A stretch of 63,817 bases of DNA, the filler included, from Vannella sp. (taxonomy: Eukaryota), in assembly GCA_023345925.1 (NCBI GenBank). It is 6 parts of 6 records of this genome, joined end to end, with 100 filler letters (N's around TTAATTAATTAA, not from the genome) between each part and the next. Parts side by side here need not be neighbours in the genome. Positions count along the whole stretch, not along the records: positions 38,227 to 44,824 come from JAJQQN010000279.1; positions 44,925 to 50,002 come from JAJQQN010000380.1; positions 50,103 to 63,817 come from JAJQQN010000135.1; 3 more parts are not named here. The stretch is one strand, 5' to 3'. Within the stretch, counting starts at the first letter, position 1. Each line of letters starts with the position of its first letter. This document shows positions 39,689 to 51,282 of this stretch, one piece after another. The position numbers and the translations under genes were made by a program. The notes beneath the pieces are model-generated. The model ran no database searches. It was not told the origin of the DNA and saw nothing but the letters and a program-made list of their open reading frames with translations.

Positions 39689-41525
39689 ATGAAGGCGTTG
39701 CTGGCAGGGCTGCTTCTGGTGGGGATGGTTGTTGGCTTGAATGTGGCTGTGGTGGGAGCAGGAATTGGTGGAGGAGGTGGGTGGGGAGGTGGTGTGACTT
39801 GAGGGACTGATGAATGCGTTGCAGCGTTCTCCTACTATTTGCAAGAGTTTGGGTGTGACCACACCGTCCAAGTGTTCGAGTCACGAGACTATATTGGCGG
39901 CCGCATCAATGAAATCATGTTTGGAGGTCAAGTACGGAGTGTCCTCTTTAGCTGAAGGTCGGACTGACTCTTTTTTTGATGAAGTTGGAAGAGATTGGAG
40001 CTGATGCTTGGTCTCCAGTCAACTTCTACATTCAAGAACTTGTGAAAGACCTCGGAATAGACATCGGAAATAGTTCCTTCACTGGGAATGGTTCGTAGTC
40101 TCACAGAAATGGTAAATCTCCCTCACATTGGGAACAGGCAAAGTGGGAATCTGGTCGGCGAATGGATTGGCTTCTTACGGCGTATGTCGTCATGACATAG
40201 ATTTAGACTCGACTTACATCAAATCCTAGAAACTGGTGACAAAGTATGGGCGAGTGGATGTTTGCCTGTCCAACCGAATTCACAGCTTCATTGAAGATCT
40301 TCAAGAGAACTATGCAGAACGAAAGAGAGAAGGCTCTTTTGATACGTATGTCCTTTTGGTGGTCTATTGAATCATAATCTGAGAATACTTGAAGGATTAA
40401 TGAGTTCCTGCGGTTTGGAAATATGACAAAATACGTGCAAGAAGAGTTTCAAGACTTCCTAACCAAAGAGTGCAATGCAAAGTAAGGTTTAAAGTCTGAT
40501 AGAATTCCGTTCGTGATGATTTGACAAGGTCTCTAGTCAAGAGTACATGGACACCTTGGTGGCACCGATTGTCCGTGCCATTTATGACCAGCCAATGAGT
40601 CTGCATACTTTTGGTGGAGAAGTATCACTGCTCGCTATATTCACTGAGCCACTTTGGGCGGCCAATGGAAACTCGCAGCTTCCCAAGGTACTTTCCAAGT
40701 CATGACCAAATTCAATGAGCTTAACTTAATTGTATTTCAGGCCTTGTTCCGTGCCTCTGGTGCTCAAGTCAACCTGAACTCGCCCGTAGAACTCATTCGC
40801 CGGAACGAGGACCATTTCCAGGTGTTTTACAACAGCTCTGAATGTGAGACTCTCCTCAAACCTATCTAATCGATAAGAGGACTCAATTTATTGAGTAGAT
40901 GTAAAAGCGGATATTGTGGTTCTCGCTGCTCCTTTTGAGAAGCTTTCAATCGAATTTGAAGGAATTGAGTTCGCCTCTCCAGTTATCCCCAGACCCTTTG
41001 TGTCTTGCTATGTGACTCACGTCGAGGCTGTCGGTATCAATCCCCTCTTCTTTAACCTGTCTTCCACTTTTGAGATGCCTGATTCCATCCTCACTACGCC
41101 TGAGTCGACTCTACCCTTTACCATTATTGGCATTGGTATGCCGTCCCATTCACCATGAGCTATTTTCTCACACAATGCAGAGGACCTGTCGCTCAATACC
41201 CCTGGTGCTAATATCTACAAGATCTTCTCGAATCAGGATGTGACAGCGCTGTTGGAACAAATTTTCTTGAACCTGACGGACTCTCACGTTCATGTAAAGT
41301 CTCCATTGGCCATTGGGCTTGACTAACTCTCGTCAGCAATGGGAGTATACCTTTCCAGTGCTCACACCAACCGATCAGTTCCAACCAATAGAGTTGGCAC
41401 AAAACCTATTCTATCTGAATACGATGGAGTCCACGGTAACTGCCATGGAGGGTTCTGTTATTGCAGGAAGAAATGTGGCTCAGCTCCTATGCCCACAGTC
41501 ACCTAAGACTTGGACAAAAGTATAG
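39689..41525 (+). CDS. Prenylcysteine oxidase/lyase-like FAD oxidoreductase, many short exons
   Basis: Signal peptide followed by VAVVGAGIGG (Rossmann), FESRDYIGGR, VVLAAP, YKIFS, YLNTMESTVTAMEGSVIAGRNVAQLL. Confidence 0.82.
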
Positions 41526-41536
41526 TAAAGGTCATG

Positions 41537-43604
41537 TTACATTCCATCCCCACGCTCGGGAAAGACTCCAGGGCGCAATTCAGGATGGGACCGCATGCTT
41601 CTCCCAAACTTTTCTGCCAGAGACATCTTCTTCCTGGGGGATAAGATAGCTGGTTCCTCGCTATTGCCAGAAACCTTTTCTGACTTGGCGCGCTTCCTGG
41701 GCAAATTCACTCTGAGTTTGCGGATCTTCTCTGCTGCAACAACTGAAATTGGCCTTTCCTCTCCCGGAAAGAGGTCAAGAGAAGAATCGGAGTGTTGAGC
41801 CAGAGAAGTATGGACAAGGGCATCAGCCTTAGCTTTCTCTTGCTCAAAAATGCCGTCTGAGAAGCTACGTGTTCGTGCAGGGTGCCTTGGCTTTGATTCC
41901 ACGCCCTTTGCAACCCGAATTCGGCGCGCAAGGCTTCTTTTCAATCCAATCGCCCTTTTTGTTGAGGCCTCCATCAAGATCTCTGTTTAAATGGTCAGTT
42001 AATGCAACTCACTTTCTCTCTCTCTCACGCGAATGAGACTTCTCGAAGCAAGTTGCACAGTAGAAGCTTCCTTTTTTGATCTTCAGTCCTTCATGGACCT
42101 GCTGGTGGCATTTGGAGCAGGAAACGTTCAAATCCTCGACGCACCAAATGCTTTTTGCCTCCTTAATAAGCACGCAAGATTCGAGAATGCCGTTCTTCTT
42201 CCATTCTTCTCGCTCACACAGAAACCCCTGCCACATTTGGGACTCTGAAAGGACTTTGACCATCTTCAGCAGCGATTAGTCGACCATAGTCCCCGACTTT
42301 CCGACCTACTGGCTGATATTGAGGTGGTTGACACTCCCAGAACATCTCGTTGTCTAAAATACCGTTGCTATCGATGAACTTGAAGTAATTCCCGCACAAG
42401 CGGTACAGAAAGTTCACAAAGCAACGAGCCACACACAAGTCGAAAGCTTTGTCGGCTGCGACTTCAAATGAGAAAAGTGGAACCGCAAGAGTCGCTTGTT
42501 GACATACTTTTTTTCATCTTGGCGCTCGTGCGAGTGAGAGAGTCAGCTAAGAACGAGCGCATCTCTTCAGTTAGAAACGAGTGGCGTTCTGGTTTCTGCA
42601 GGAATAGCCCGTCATCGCAATCGACTATCAAGAGCTCTTCTGTTGGCATGGATTTGATCTCTTCCAATGAGGAATGGATGACCCCAACAATGAAAGGCAT
42701 CGGAGCACAACAGTAACTCAAGAGAGATGCCGGTAAAATCGGAATCAAGACATATTGCCAATGCAGTGGGTTAAGTAACGCAATAGCAGAACTCACACAC
42801 GTGCTCAGCTGCCCCAGACTCTTCGAAACGAAGACAATGCGACATTCCAGAATCAGACACTCAAACAGGAGGATGACGTTGCTAATGCCGAGGGCCGTAA
42901 ATAAAGGACTAAAGCTTATCTAATCGTGGGTTGGTACCAAAACGGTCTTCCAGGTGCCAAGTCACTAACATAGTCAAGCAGGAAGTCATCATTGAGTGGG
43001 ATATCGAATTGGTAGCGGTCCAATTCAGTGGATTCTGTCGCAGAGAATGTTGAAATAACAAAGGTTTCACCTGGCTTTGGTAAAGGTCTCTCCAGAACAC
43101 TACTGAGGAAGGTGACCACGGCATCCTCCCCTCCATCAGCCTCCCGCTGCTCCACAACCTCCAGAATATCCGAGAACAAACTAAACGAGTCCCTTTTGTA
43201 ATGTCAGACCCATTCTACCTGTCTGAATCCCCTTACAAGTAGCTAATGATGCAATAGCACTGAAGAGAAGGGGCTGAGCCTCCATTTACCTCGTCCTGAA
43301 GGAACCGCTTGCAGTAGCCCACTTGCTTTGTGCCATCACCACCTGTTAGTATGAAACTGAAAGTCTCCTGGCTCTCAGACACGGAGAGAGGCGTCCCAGC
43401 GCTCTCAGGAAAGCAAAACAACGGGATCGCCCCTGCTAAGGCATCAGGCAAGTCTCCATCCTCAGGGAACTGAAAGGCAATGAAGGGAGCCGCATCTACC
43501 CCTTCGTTAGGCCCATCCCCAAACCTTCCCAGCCCAAACCCACTCGTATCTTCCTTCACCACGATGAGGACGTACTCGAACAGGGATTCCCGGCTCCCGT
43601 CCAT
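41537..43604 (-). CDS. DENN domain Rab-GEF with C-terminal CxxC...CxxC motif, multi-exon
   Basis: uDENN LFEYVLIV, IPLFCFP, FSFILTGGDGTKQVGYC; cDENN PLHWQYVLIPILP...CAPMPFIVG; dDENN ESQMWQGF; CSKC...YCATC. Confidence 0.88.
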
Positions 43605-43644
43605 GAGATAATGAATAATGCTGGCATTTTGTGGACACTTTACT

Positions 43645-44573
43645 ATGATCAGACGGGGAGTGGTCGGATGGGGCAGAAGGTCGTTTGCTTCTCAAGCGGG
43701 AGGCCTTTCGCTTGCCCAGAAGGAACTACTTGAGTTAGCTCTCCCTTTGGTGGGTAGGTGATCGAGGAGGGCGCGAAAAGGTCTTCTAATCGGAGGCAAA
43801 GGGGCCGAAGGCTTTCATCGGTCAGTTTTGTTGATTGCTGCAGAGAGGAGTGGACTTAATCCTTCTATTGTTGATGAGTTCACAAACCCCTCTTTGGAAC
43901 TGGTCCGATATCACCTGCAGCGCTCCCGAGAGCGGATGGAGGATCATTTGTCAGAGAACAGCGAGGAGTTTATGAGGTATGGGTCCGTTGTTCACCCCAT
44001 GGATTCTTCTCAATGCAACAAGGATGAACTTAAGAGACCGTCTACACTATGCAACCAAGCTGAGACTCTCCTACAACCAAGATATCGTTAAATTCCTCCA
44101 CCAAGCACTCTCCCTCCTTCTCCACCCGCAGAACCTTTCCTGTGGGCTTCAAGAGTTGAAGGAGATCCCTCAGAATATCCTCCAGAAGGCTGGAGACGCG
44201 TCTTCAGGAGTAAGGCCCTCTCTTCTCCGTAACTCTTCTAACTCGCCTTAGGTGAGCCACCACTGCAAGTGGGTTACCCTTGGTTGCGTGTACTATACTA
44301 CAGGTGAGTTTATTATCAAGAAGAGGCCGCAAATGGCCAAGACTGACCCAAACAAGAGCTGTTCATGGTAACGGACAACTCGTCTGACTTCAGAGAGTCT
44401 TGGCGCTTCCTTCACAGCCGCATCAACAACATGCAGAGCCTCCTTGAGAGCAAAGACTTTGTATGAAACGAGTAATGCCACGAATCCGACAACTAACTTC
44501 TTCAAACCAGGTGCTCAACTCTCTTTCCACTGCAGGTCCCTTCTGGGGACACTTTGCGAGCAAGAAGGAATGA
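43645..44573 (+). CDS. COQ9: Ubiquinone biosynthesis protein COQ9-like, 6 exons, fragmented in the ORF track
   Basis: Manual splicing gives MIRRGVVGWGRRSFAS (presequence-like), ELLELALPLVGAEGF, KLRLSY...QALSLLLHPQN...KAGDASS, VYYTTELFMVTDNSSDFRESWRFLHSRI. These match remembered COQ9 motifs (RLRM..., [30 protein letters not shown]). An alternative in-frame ATG lies at 43618. Confidence 0.82.
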
Positions 44574-44824
44574 AGAACCAAATCTTCAGCAAGTCAATGA
44601 AAACACAAGACTGGGACAAAGCAAAACGGGCAAACCCATAATCCAATGTCAGCCGCAGATGGAGCATTCATATACCCGTTGGCGCATTTCAAGGCATACT
44701 TACCTGGCTGGAGTTCCCCGTGATCACGAAGACGGGGAGCTTGACTCGATCCCGCCCTTGCACTATGGCTGGGGCCTTGACATGAACATCTTCGGATGTC
44801 TCGGCAGCGAAATTTATGACGGCG

Positions 44825-44924
44825 NNNNNNNNNNNNNNNNNNNNNNNNNNNNNNNNNNNNNNNNNNNNTTAATTAATTAANNNNNNNNNNNNNNNNNNNN
44901 NNNNNNNNNNNNNNNNNNNNNNNN
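44825..44924. other. Artificial contig-join spacer
   Basis: N-TTAATTAATTAA-N. Confidence 0.99.
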
Positions 44925-45010
44925 ATCACACCAGGATTGCTTGCGATGAAAAGGATGGAGCTGAAAGAATCAACCATTCATTAGTGGGCCGGTGAGAGGA
45001 AAGGCGGGAA

Positions 45011-46199
45011 ATGGCGGGGATGGAGAAGTGGACGTTTGAGAACTCTGATTCTCTGTTGCGATTGGATTTGAGTTTAGAAGATCAGACTCTGGATTCACTA
45101 CAAGATCCAGCTCACTGGAATGCGCTGTGTCCCTTCCTCACGGTGGCAGAGAGCGGTCTCCTCGGGACATCGGAGAGACATCAGGAAGAGTGTATTCAGT
45201 CTCGACTTGACACTTTCCAAGCTCCCAAGCTTTGGGCTAAGAGTCTGGGAGATGCTCTTTGTGAAAGAGGCTTCTTTCGCCTCTCAAAGGCTCAAATGAA
45301 GATCCCGGAAGAGCTTGTGGAGGCTTTGGCGATGGGCGCCAAGCGTTTGAAGGCCCACGGGTACCCTCCCACCTTCTTGTTGATGTATGATGAGTGTTGG
45401 TTGGTTGGTGACATGATTACATCGTTCCTGGGACCCACCTCTGGCAATCGCCCGCTGGGGGATTGGTTTATCTTCTATGTGGACCCTTCAGAGGCTAAGA
45501 GCTACATGCCTGGAGGTCCCCATCGAGACAAGCCTTTGGCAGATGCATCCTCCTTTCGTGGTGATCGAATGGAACCCAAATACTGCTCCATTTGGATGGC
45601 CTTGACCGACGCAACCCCCGAGAACAGGTCAGCTTTCTCTTCTGCTCCTTGGTAGACCACTCCAGAGCGCTCACTCTTGCTTCAGCTGCTTGTATGTTGT
45701 TCCTAAGAGTGACGACCGAGGCTACTATGAAGAAGAGGCCGAGAAATGCCCGCCATCCTCCCTCCCTGACCTGAAGCATGTTGTTGCCCAGCCTTTAATG
45801 GCGGGAGGGATGCTCACCTTCTCACATCGCTTACTGCATTGGGGTTCCCCACCAGACCAGCACCGAACAGTGCTCGATGATGACTTGGTGGCGGGGAGAG
45901 TCCCCCGTCCTCGAATCGCCTTAACATTCGCCATGGCGGATCCTTCCTTCGAACAAGCGTACTTTGAAGAGAAGTACCTTCCATTGCCCCCTCTGGCTCT
46001 GCGAATGGGGTTAGTGGCAGGCCAGCAAGTCCAGTACGAGCACTTAGAGCCGTTGACGAAGCACCAAGTGGCATTCTACCGGCGCGTTTTCCATTCCCAG
46101 AAGGATTACTTTGCGGCTCCTTACTTTGACAAGATCTCTTCTGCAGTGCAGTTCATGGCCTATCGGAAAGCCCAAGAAGCTGCTTTGCAACGAAGATAA
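45011..46199 (+). CDS. Phytanoyl-CoA dioxygenase (PhyH)-like 2OG-Fe(II) oxygenase, 2 exons
   Basis: PHRD (HxD), SIWMALTDATPEN|SCLYVVP, LLHWGS, PRIALTF. Confidence 0.8.
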
Positions 46200-46257
46200 A
46201 AAGATTCCAGAATCACTTTCTTGTCGCTTGGGCTGCGATGGGCACTTTAATACCCGC

Positions 46258-47768
46258 TTAATATCCATACTTGCTGTTCAAATGCGTCGTTCCATCTCCC
46301 TTTTGGCCTATCAAGAGTGAGAAAGTCATTTGAGGATCGGAAACCAACCTTGTGGTGGCATCCACTCAATATACTGGCTTGGATTGTCACTATCAAGGAC
46401 AACGTCATTCTTTTTCTTTGCTTTCGGTTTTGGTTTAGCTTGTGGACGAGAAGGAGGAGCAGTACCAGCCGGAAGTTCACTTTTGCTGGGAATCTCACTT
46501 TTCAGCTTTTCGGAGTTTCCTGCTGGGGAGTTATCTTTGATAGCTTCAGGAGTTTGAATGGCTTGGGGTCGTTCCAATTCGGTTTTCCTTGACTGTTTTG
46601 CAACTGGCTGAACTTCTGGAGAGACTTCTCGAGCTCTCTAGAATCGTGTGAGATCCAATCCCAACCTAATTCAGCTGGAAAAGGCTTTACCTTAAGCGGG
46701 ACAATCCTCTCCAAGGGCCCTGAAATGGCAATTAGTTGGTGCTCTAGTTTGCTCTTTTCTGCTTCTTTAGCTGCCAATTGAGCCTCTGATTTTGAGAGTG
46801 CTTTGGCCTAAACAGTGCCAAATGTGAGATACTTGCTACAGTTAGCCCTTCTGACTCACCTGATCCTCAATGAACACGGAAGTCATGAAAGAGTCCAGAG
46901 AATCGTTTGCATCAGCCTGTTCTGCTGATGATGAGCGCCGAATGCGTTCAATTTCTGTATGTATGGTAGCTATCTCTTTCTCTAACGTCTCAAGGTCGCT
47001 CTTGAGGGTCTTGGGAGTGATCAATTTGCGCCTTTGGAACTTTTTGGCCTTTCGAGTGCGGTCGAAGAAGTCGTCTTCTCCGGGATCGTCCTCACCATCT
47101 GCTCCAAGGAAGTAGTTTCCATCGTTTACTCGAGAGGTTTCCTCATCAGACCCAAAAGCAGCTGAGGAAGACTCCTGAGCTTCATCCTCATCCTCGCTTG
47201 AGTCTCCCGGCCTCGCTGGTTTCTTTGTAGCTTTCTGGCTCGCTTCTTTCTTCTTCATGAACGCTTTGAGTTCGTGATAGTTGCCATTGAACACCTCAGG
47301 CGTTGCCTTGACATGCGCTTGAAGATCGCTGATAGGTAAATCAATGCTTTCCAACACACTGGGAGATCGAGACGTCAGGTGGTACATTCTACTTGATTGT
47401 CCAAAGCGAAGAAGATCTCCACATCGCAGGGGAATGAAGGTCTTTGGTCGAACCTTCCTCTTATTCAAGAACGACCCGTGAGTGCTGCCCAGGTCGTAGA
47501 GATACATCTGTCCATTGCCCTTCATCTGCAAAGCAGCATGCTGTCGTGATACGGAAGGATGCGTCATCGTTAAGTGGGGTAGTGGGTCATCAGGAGGCAA
47601 GCGCCCAATCAGTAACCAACCACCGGGTTGCATAAGAGTCTCCTGCTCGTCAAACTCGACGCGTCCGATCTCCTCACCACCCTTAATGATCTCCATGAAG
47701 TATTGGTACTGCTTCTGACAGTTGCAACCCCACTCTGGGACATTGTACTTCATCCCCTCGCCTGCCAT
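46258..47768 (-). CDS. SLC4A1AP: Kanadaptin-like FHA domain protein
   Basis: YNVPEWG, FHA motifs IGRLP...HPSVSRQHA...DLGSTHGSFLN, DDFFDRT, DSLDSFM, and the spliced diagnostic end WMPPQG|QKGDGTTHLNSKYGY*. Confidence 0.88.
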
Positions 47769-48193
47769 TCCCGGCTCGAAAAAATAACCTCCTGATGGCC
47801 CCCTCGACCCACAAATCGTATTTAGAAATAAAAAAATCCTCATTCTTCCCATTCGCCAGCTATTTGAAAGCCCATTTGGAAAGTCCGCTGGCGCTATGTA
47901 GAGATGTGCTACGACGACCCTCTCTTGACATTGCTGCACGTCAGAGATCTTCTTTGCTCGTTCACACCGAAAGGCCGCCTTCAACAGCAGCGCTGTGAAA
48001 CACGCCAGGGGCCACCAAAGTAATACAAGGTAGTGCTTCACTTGAAATGTGGAAGAGAGAGAGTAGAGGAGCGGGAGCGATCAGATTCCCACACTGCCCT
48101 CCACATCAAGAACGAGGGAGTCTTCTTATTCCCAGTCCATCTGAACCGGCGTTCTGGCGACCTTTTGGAGCCTTCAATCCAAATGAATCCTAT

Positions 48194-49689
48194 TTATAAT
48201 TCTCCACCTGAAAGGGAGACGATCTGATGACGGAGTTGGTCTTGGGACATCAACGACTCCGCCCAAAAGGGCGGTTCGGCATAGAACCGCCATCCTGCGC
48301 CACTGTAAAGTGCAGAATGAAGGCACATGTACATATGAGAGAGCAGAGTGTCGTTCATCGGAGTAGAACACTTGGCACAAAGAGGATCTTTCTCAGGAAG
48401 GTAGAGCGGACTATTGAAACTCATTTGGGGGTCTTCAGGAGACAGAATGTGCGCATTCTGTTGCATTATTGCAAACTGATTGGTATCATTATCTTCTCTT
48501 ATCTGATACAAAGGGTCTCCAACGATTGGATGGCCAAGAGAAAGGAGGTGAAGACGAATCTGGTGAGTTCGGCCGGTGAGAGGTTGGCATTGGAGCAAAG
48601 TGCAATCATCACTCTGAGCTAGAACAGTAAATGATGTGATTGCTTCTTTCCCTACTTCATAATCCACGCGGCCAAGTGCACGGCCAGTAGGATCACTCCA
48701 AAGAGGCTTGTCCACTTGGAACCGATCGCTTCTCAAGTCATTAATACTCTTTTTGCCTCTCTTATTCCACTTACCCCACGGCCCCCAATTTACCACTAAC
48801 TTTCGCTATGTAAATCTTGGACACTCTGTGCTCTGTTATCTCCCCGTATATCTCAGCAGAGCGCTGAGGATCATCTGAAAAGATGACGACGCCGCTGGTA
48901 AGTTTGTCCAGTCTGTGGACAGCTGAAGAGGACTGTTGGTGAGAGGTTGTTTGGAATTGAGGGTTGCTTACGTTGGATGGTGAGAGGCAAAGAGATAGGC
49001 GGGGAGATGAGAATGTGAAGAAGAGAGTTAAAGTTGTATCCACCACAGGGATGGACCGGCAAGGATGGAGGCTTGTTGACAGCAATAACACCAATAGCTG
49101 CATCAGGTCCCTTAATCATGTTCTCTAGCTGAGTAGGAGCCTGGTCCAGCACTGGAGGCTCATGTCGATGGATTCTGTGCTCCAATCGATCTTGCATAGT
49201 CAACAAGCGGGTCGTATCAGCATCTCTCACAACCTCTCCATTCAGTTTCATACGCCCAGCAGCGATGGAGTCAGCCTACGTGACGGTTAATACCTTCCCG
49301 TCCTCAAACGGGTCGCCCTCACGAGGAACTGGGGCGAGTACGCTGGGAACTCAGACTGGAGGACCTCAATCAGAGGTTGACCAACCCACCTATGTCGTGC
49401 GAAACACTTGAAGTCGTGCCAGTACGGAACAATGCAGCGTTTCCCTGTTTCGTTCGATCAGAAGGGCGAAGTGCTGAAGGAGGGCAATCGTATGACCTGC
49501 ATGGGTGAAGATAGGAGGATGAGCCATGTCCTCGAGGTATCTGACTCGGTTCTCCATCTTCTTTGCCTTTCTGTTCCTCCGATTCAAGTCTTTGCGCTCT
49601 TCGTTGCTCATCTTCACCCGAGCAGCATCCTCTGGGGTCCACACCTTTCGCAAACGAGGTTCACTCTCTCCTCCCTTATGATCCGCCAT
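48194..49689 (-). CDS. RluA-family RNA pseudouridine synthase (RPUSD2/Pus9-like), multi-exon
   Basis: HRHEPPV, NKPPSLPVHPCG, VHRLDKLTSG (catalytic Asp), PLTGRTHQIRLHL..LGHPIVGDPLY. Confidence 0.88.
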
Positions 49690-50002
49690 CAAACAAGCGC
49701 CCCTGACAATGGACCACCCGAGGAAGGATGAACAGGTCCGACTGCCTTGCAGCATAAAGTGCTTCGATTCGGTTTACCTTTCACCAATGGCTCTGGGTGA
49801 CTGAACCCCTTCTTGTAGAGGCTCTGCAGGAAGGGGGTTTCTCCATCAGGAGGAGGTCAGCAGGAAAGCGTAAACACGAGTTTGGGAACCCTTTTCCCCT
49901 TCGCTTGCCATAACAAAAGACACTAGAACACCTCAATGACGCTCGCTAATGTATTAGACACGAGCTTGACGGGAACTGATGACAGGGCGGCCCGTGAAAC
50001 CC

Positions 50003-50102
50003 NNNNNNNNNNNNNNNNNNNNNNNNNNNNNNNNNNNNNNNNNNNNTTAATTAATTAANNNNNNNNNNNNNNNNNNNNNNNNNNNNNNNNNNNNNNNNNN
50101 NN
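50003..50102. other. Artificial contig-join spacer
   Basis: N-TTAATTAATTAA-N. Confidence 0.99.
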
Positions 50103-51143
50103 CTCCTCCTCTCCCAAGAAGGGGGCCTTTGGGCTTTTGGATACAACAACGAGGGCCAACTCGGTCTCGGTCATAAGAAGGACCAAGTGCAACCAGTAGA
50201 GGTGCCCTGGGATGGTCCGCAGCCGGTTCAGGTGGACTGGGGAAGCCTACACTCCCTCGTACTTGATGCGGAGGGCGGTGTGTGGGAGGCTGGCCGCTCC
50301 CGGTCATCTCCGGCTTCTCTTACCTTTCAGCAGGCTCAAGAACTTCCTCTGATAACCTTGGTGGCTGCTGGTGGGTCTCACAGCGCTGCCATCGACACCG
50401 AAGGCGGCCTTTGGGTGTGGACCAGCAAGGATCAGCTCCCCTGGGCATGTTCTCTTCCCCAACGAGTACCAGGCCTCCCTCCCATCATCAAAGTAGCTTG
50501 TGGCTTCAACTTTCTCGTGGCAGAGGCCGAAGAAGGCCTCTGGGTGTTGGGGAACAACTTCGACGGCCAACTGGGGCTCGGTCACACCAACAGCGCCCTC
50601 CAACCGAGCCTTGTTCAAGTAGAAGGCCGTTGTGAAGGGTCTCTTCGATGCCTGGCAGCTCTCGGCTTTGGAGTGATCCTCATCGACTCGCAAGGAGGCG
50701 TCTTCTCCTCTGGGAACAACTCCCGAGGCCAACTGGGACGCTCTGGGGACACAACGAGGTTCCAGCGAATCAACAACATCCCTCCCATGCTTACAGCCTC
50801 CTGCGGAGGTGGTCACACTCTCTCTCTGGATGAGAACGGCGGCTTTTGGACCTGGGGAGACGGTAGGAACGGGCAATTGGGGATGGACAACCCTTCTCTT
50901 CAGCTCCAACCCACTCCCACTCTGGTCCCTTCCTTGGAAGGAATGAGCGCCCTGGTTGCAGGAAGACTCCATTCTTTGGCGTTCCGACAGGAAGGCGGCC
51001 TGCTGGTCTTCGGATGGAACATCTTCGGGCAACTCGGACTCAAACCCTCGGCCATGCAAAGTACTCCCACGCTCTGTCCTGTCCAGCCCGCTCCCCCTCC
51101 TTCTTCCAACCGCAGCACCAAGAAGAGCGCCCGCTTCCTCTAA
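50103..51143 (+). CDS. RCC1/BLIP-II repeat protein, 5' truncated, no intron seen; paralog of 2-976
   Basis: Frame open from the contig start (LWAFGYNNEGQLGLG...). RCC1 repeats. Ends RSTKKSARFL*. Confidence 0.9.
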   Translation, partial: LLLSQEGGLWAFGYNNEGQLGLGHKKDQVQPVEVPWDGPQPVQVDWGSLHSLVLDAEGGVWEAGRSRSSPASLTFQQAQELPLITLVAAGGSHSAAIDTEGGLWVWTSKDQLPWACSLPQRVPGLPPIIKVACGFNFLVAEAEEGLWVLGNNFDGQLGLGHTNSALQPSLVQVEGRCEGSLRCLAALGFGVILIDSQGGVFSSGNNSRGQLGRSGDTTRFQRINNIPPMLTASCGGGHTLSLDENGGFWTWGDGRNGQLGMDNPSLQLQPTPTLVPSLEGMSALVAGRLHSLAFRQEGGLLVFGWNIFGQLGLKPSAMQSTPTLCPVQPAPPPSSNRSTKKSARFL

Positions 51144-51282
51144 CGTCGCTCCACAAGCAAGGAGAGGCGCTTACCATGAGCTCAAGGTGTCTCAGTTGGC
51201 CTATCTTGACTATAAAGCAGATTGGCTGCTCTGGAACAAGCTGGAAGAAGCTCCATTCTTTGTCGGCCTCCCCCAAGCTAAG

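Noticed and set aside
44690..44824. Possible 3' fragment of a minus-strand gene at the contig end
   Set aside because: Only about 44 open codons with no recognisable motif, so it cannot be supported.
50956..51143. Apparent overlap of the 877-aa kinase ORF with RCC1, or an RCC1-kinase fusion
   Set aside because: The ORF caller used a non-ATG start in a different frame. RCC1 has its own stop matching its paralog, and the first in-frame ATG is at 51283.
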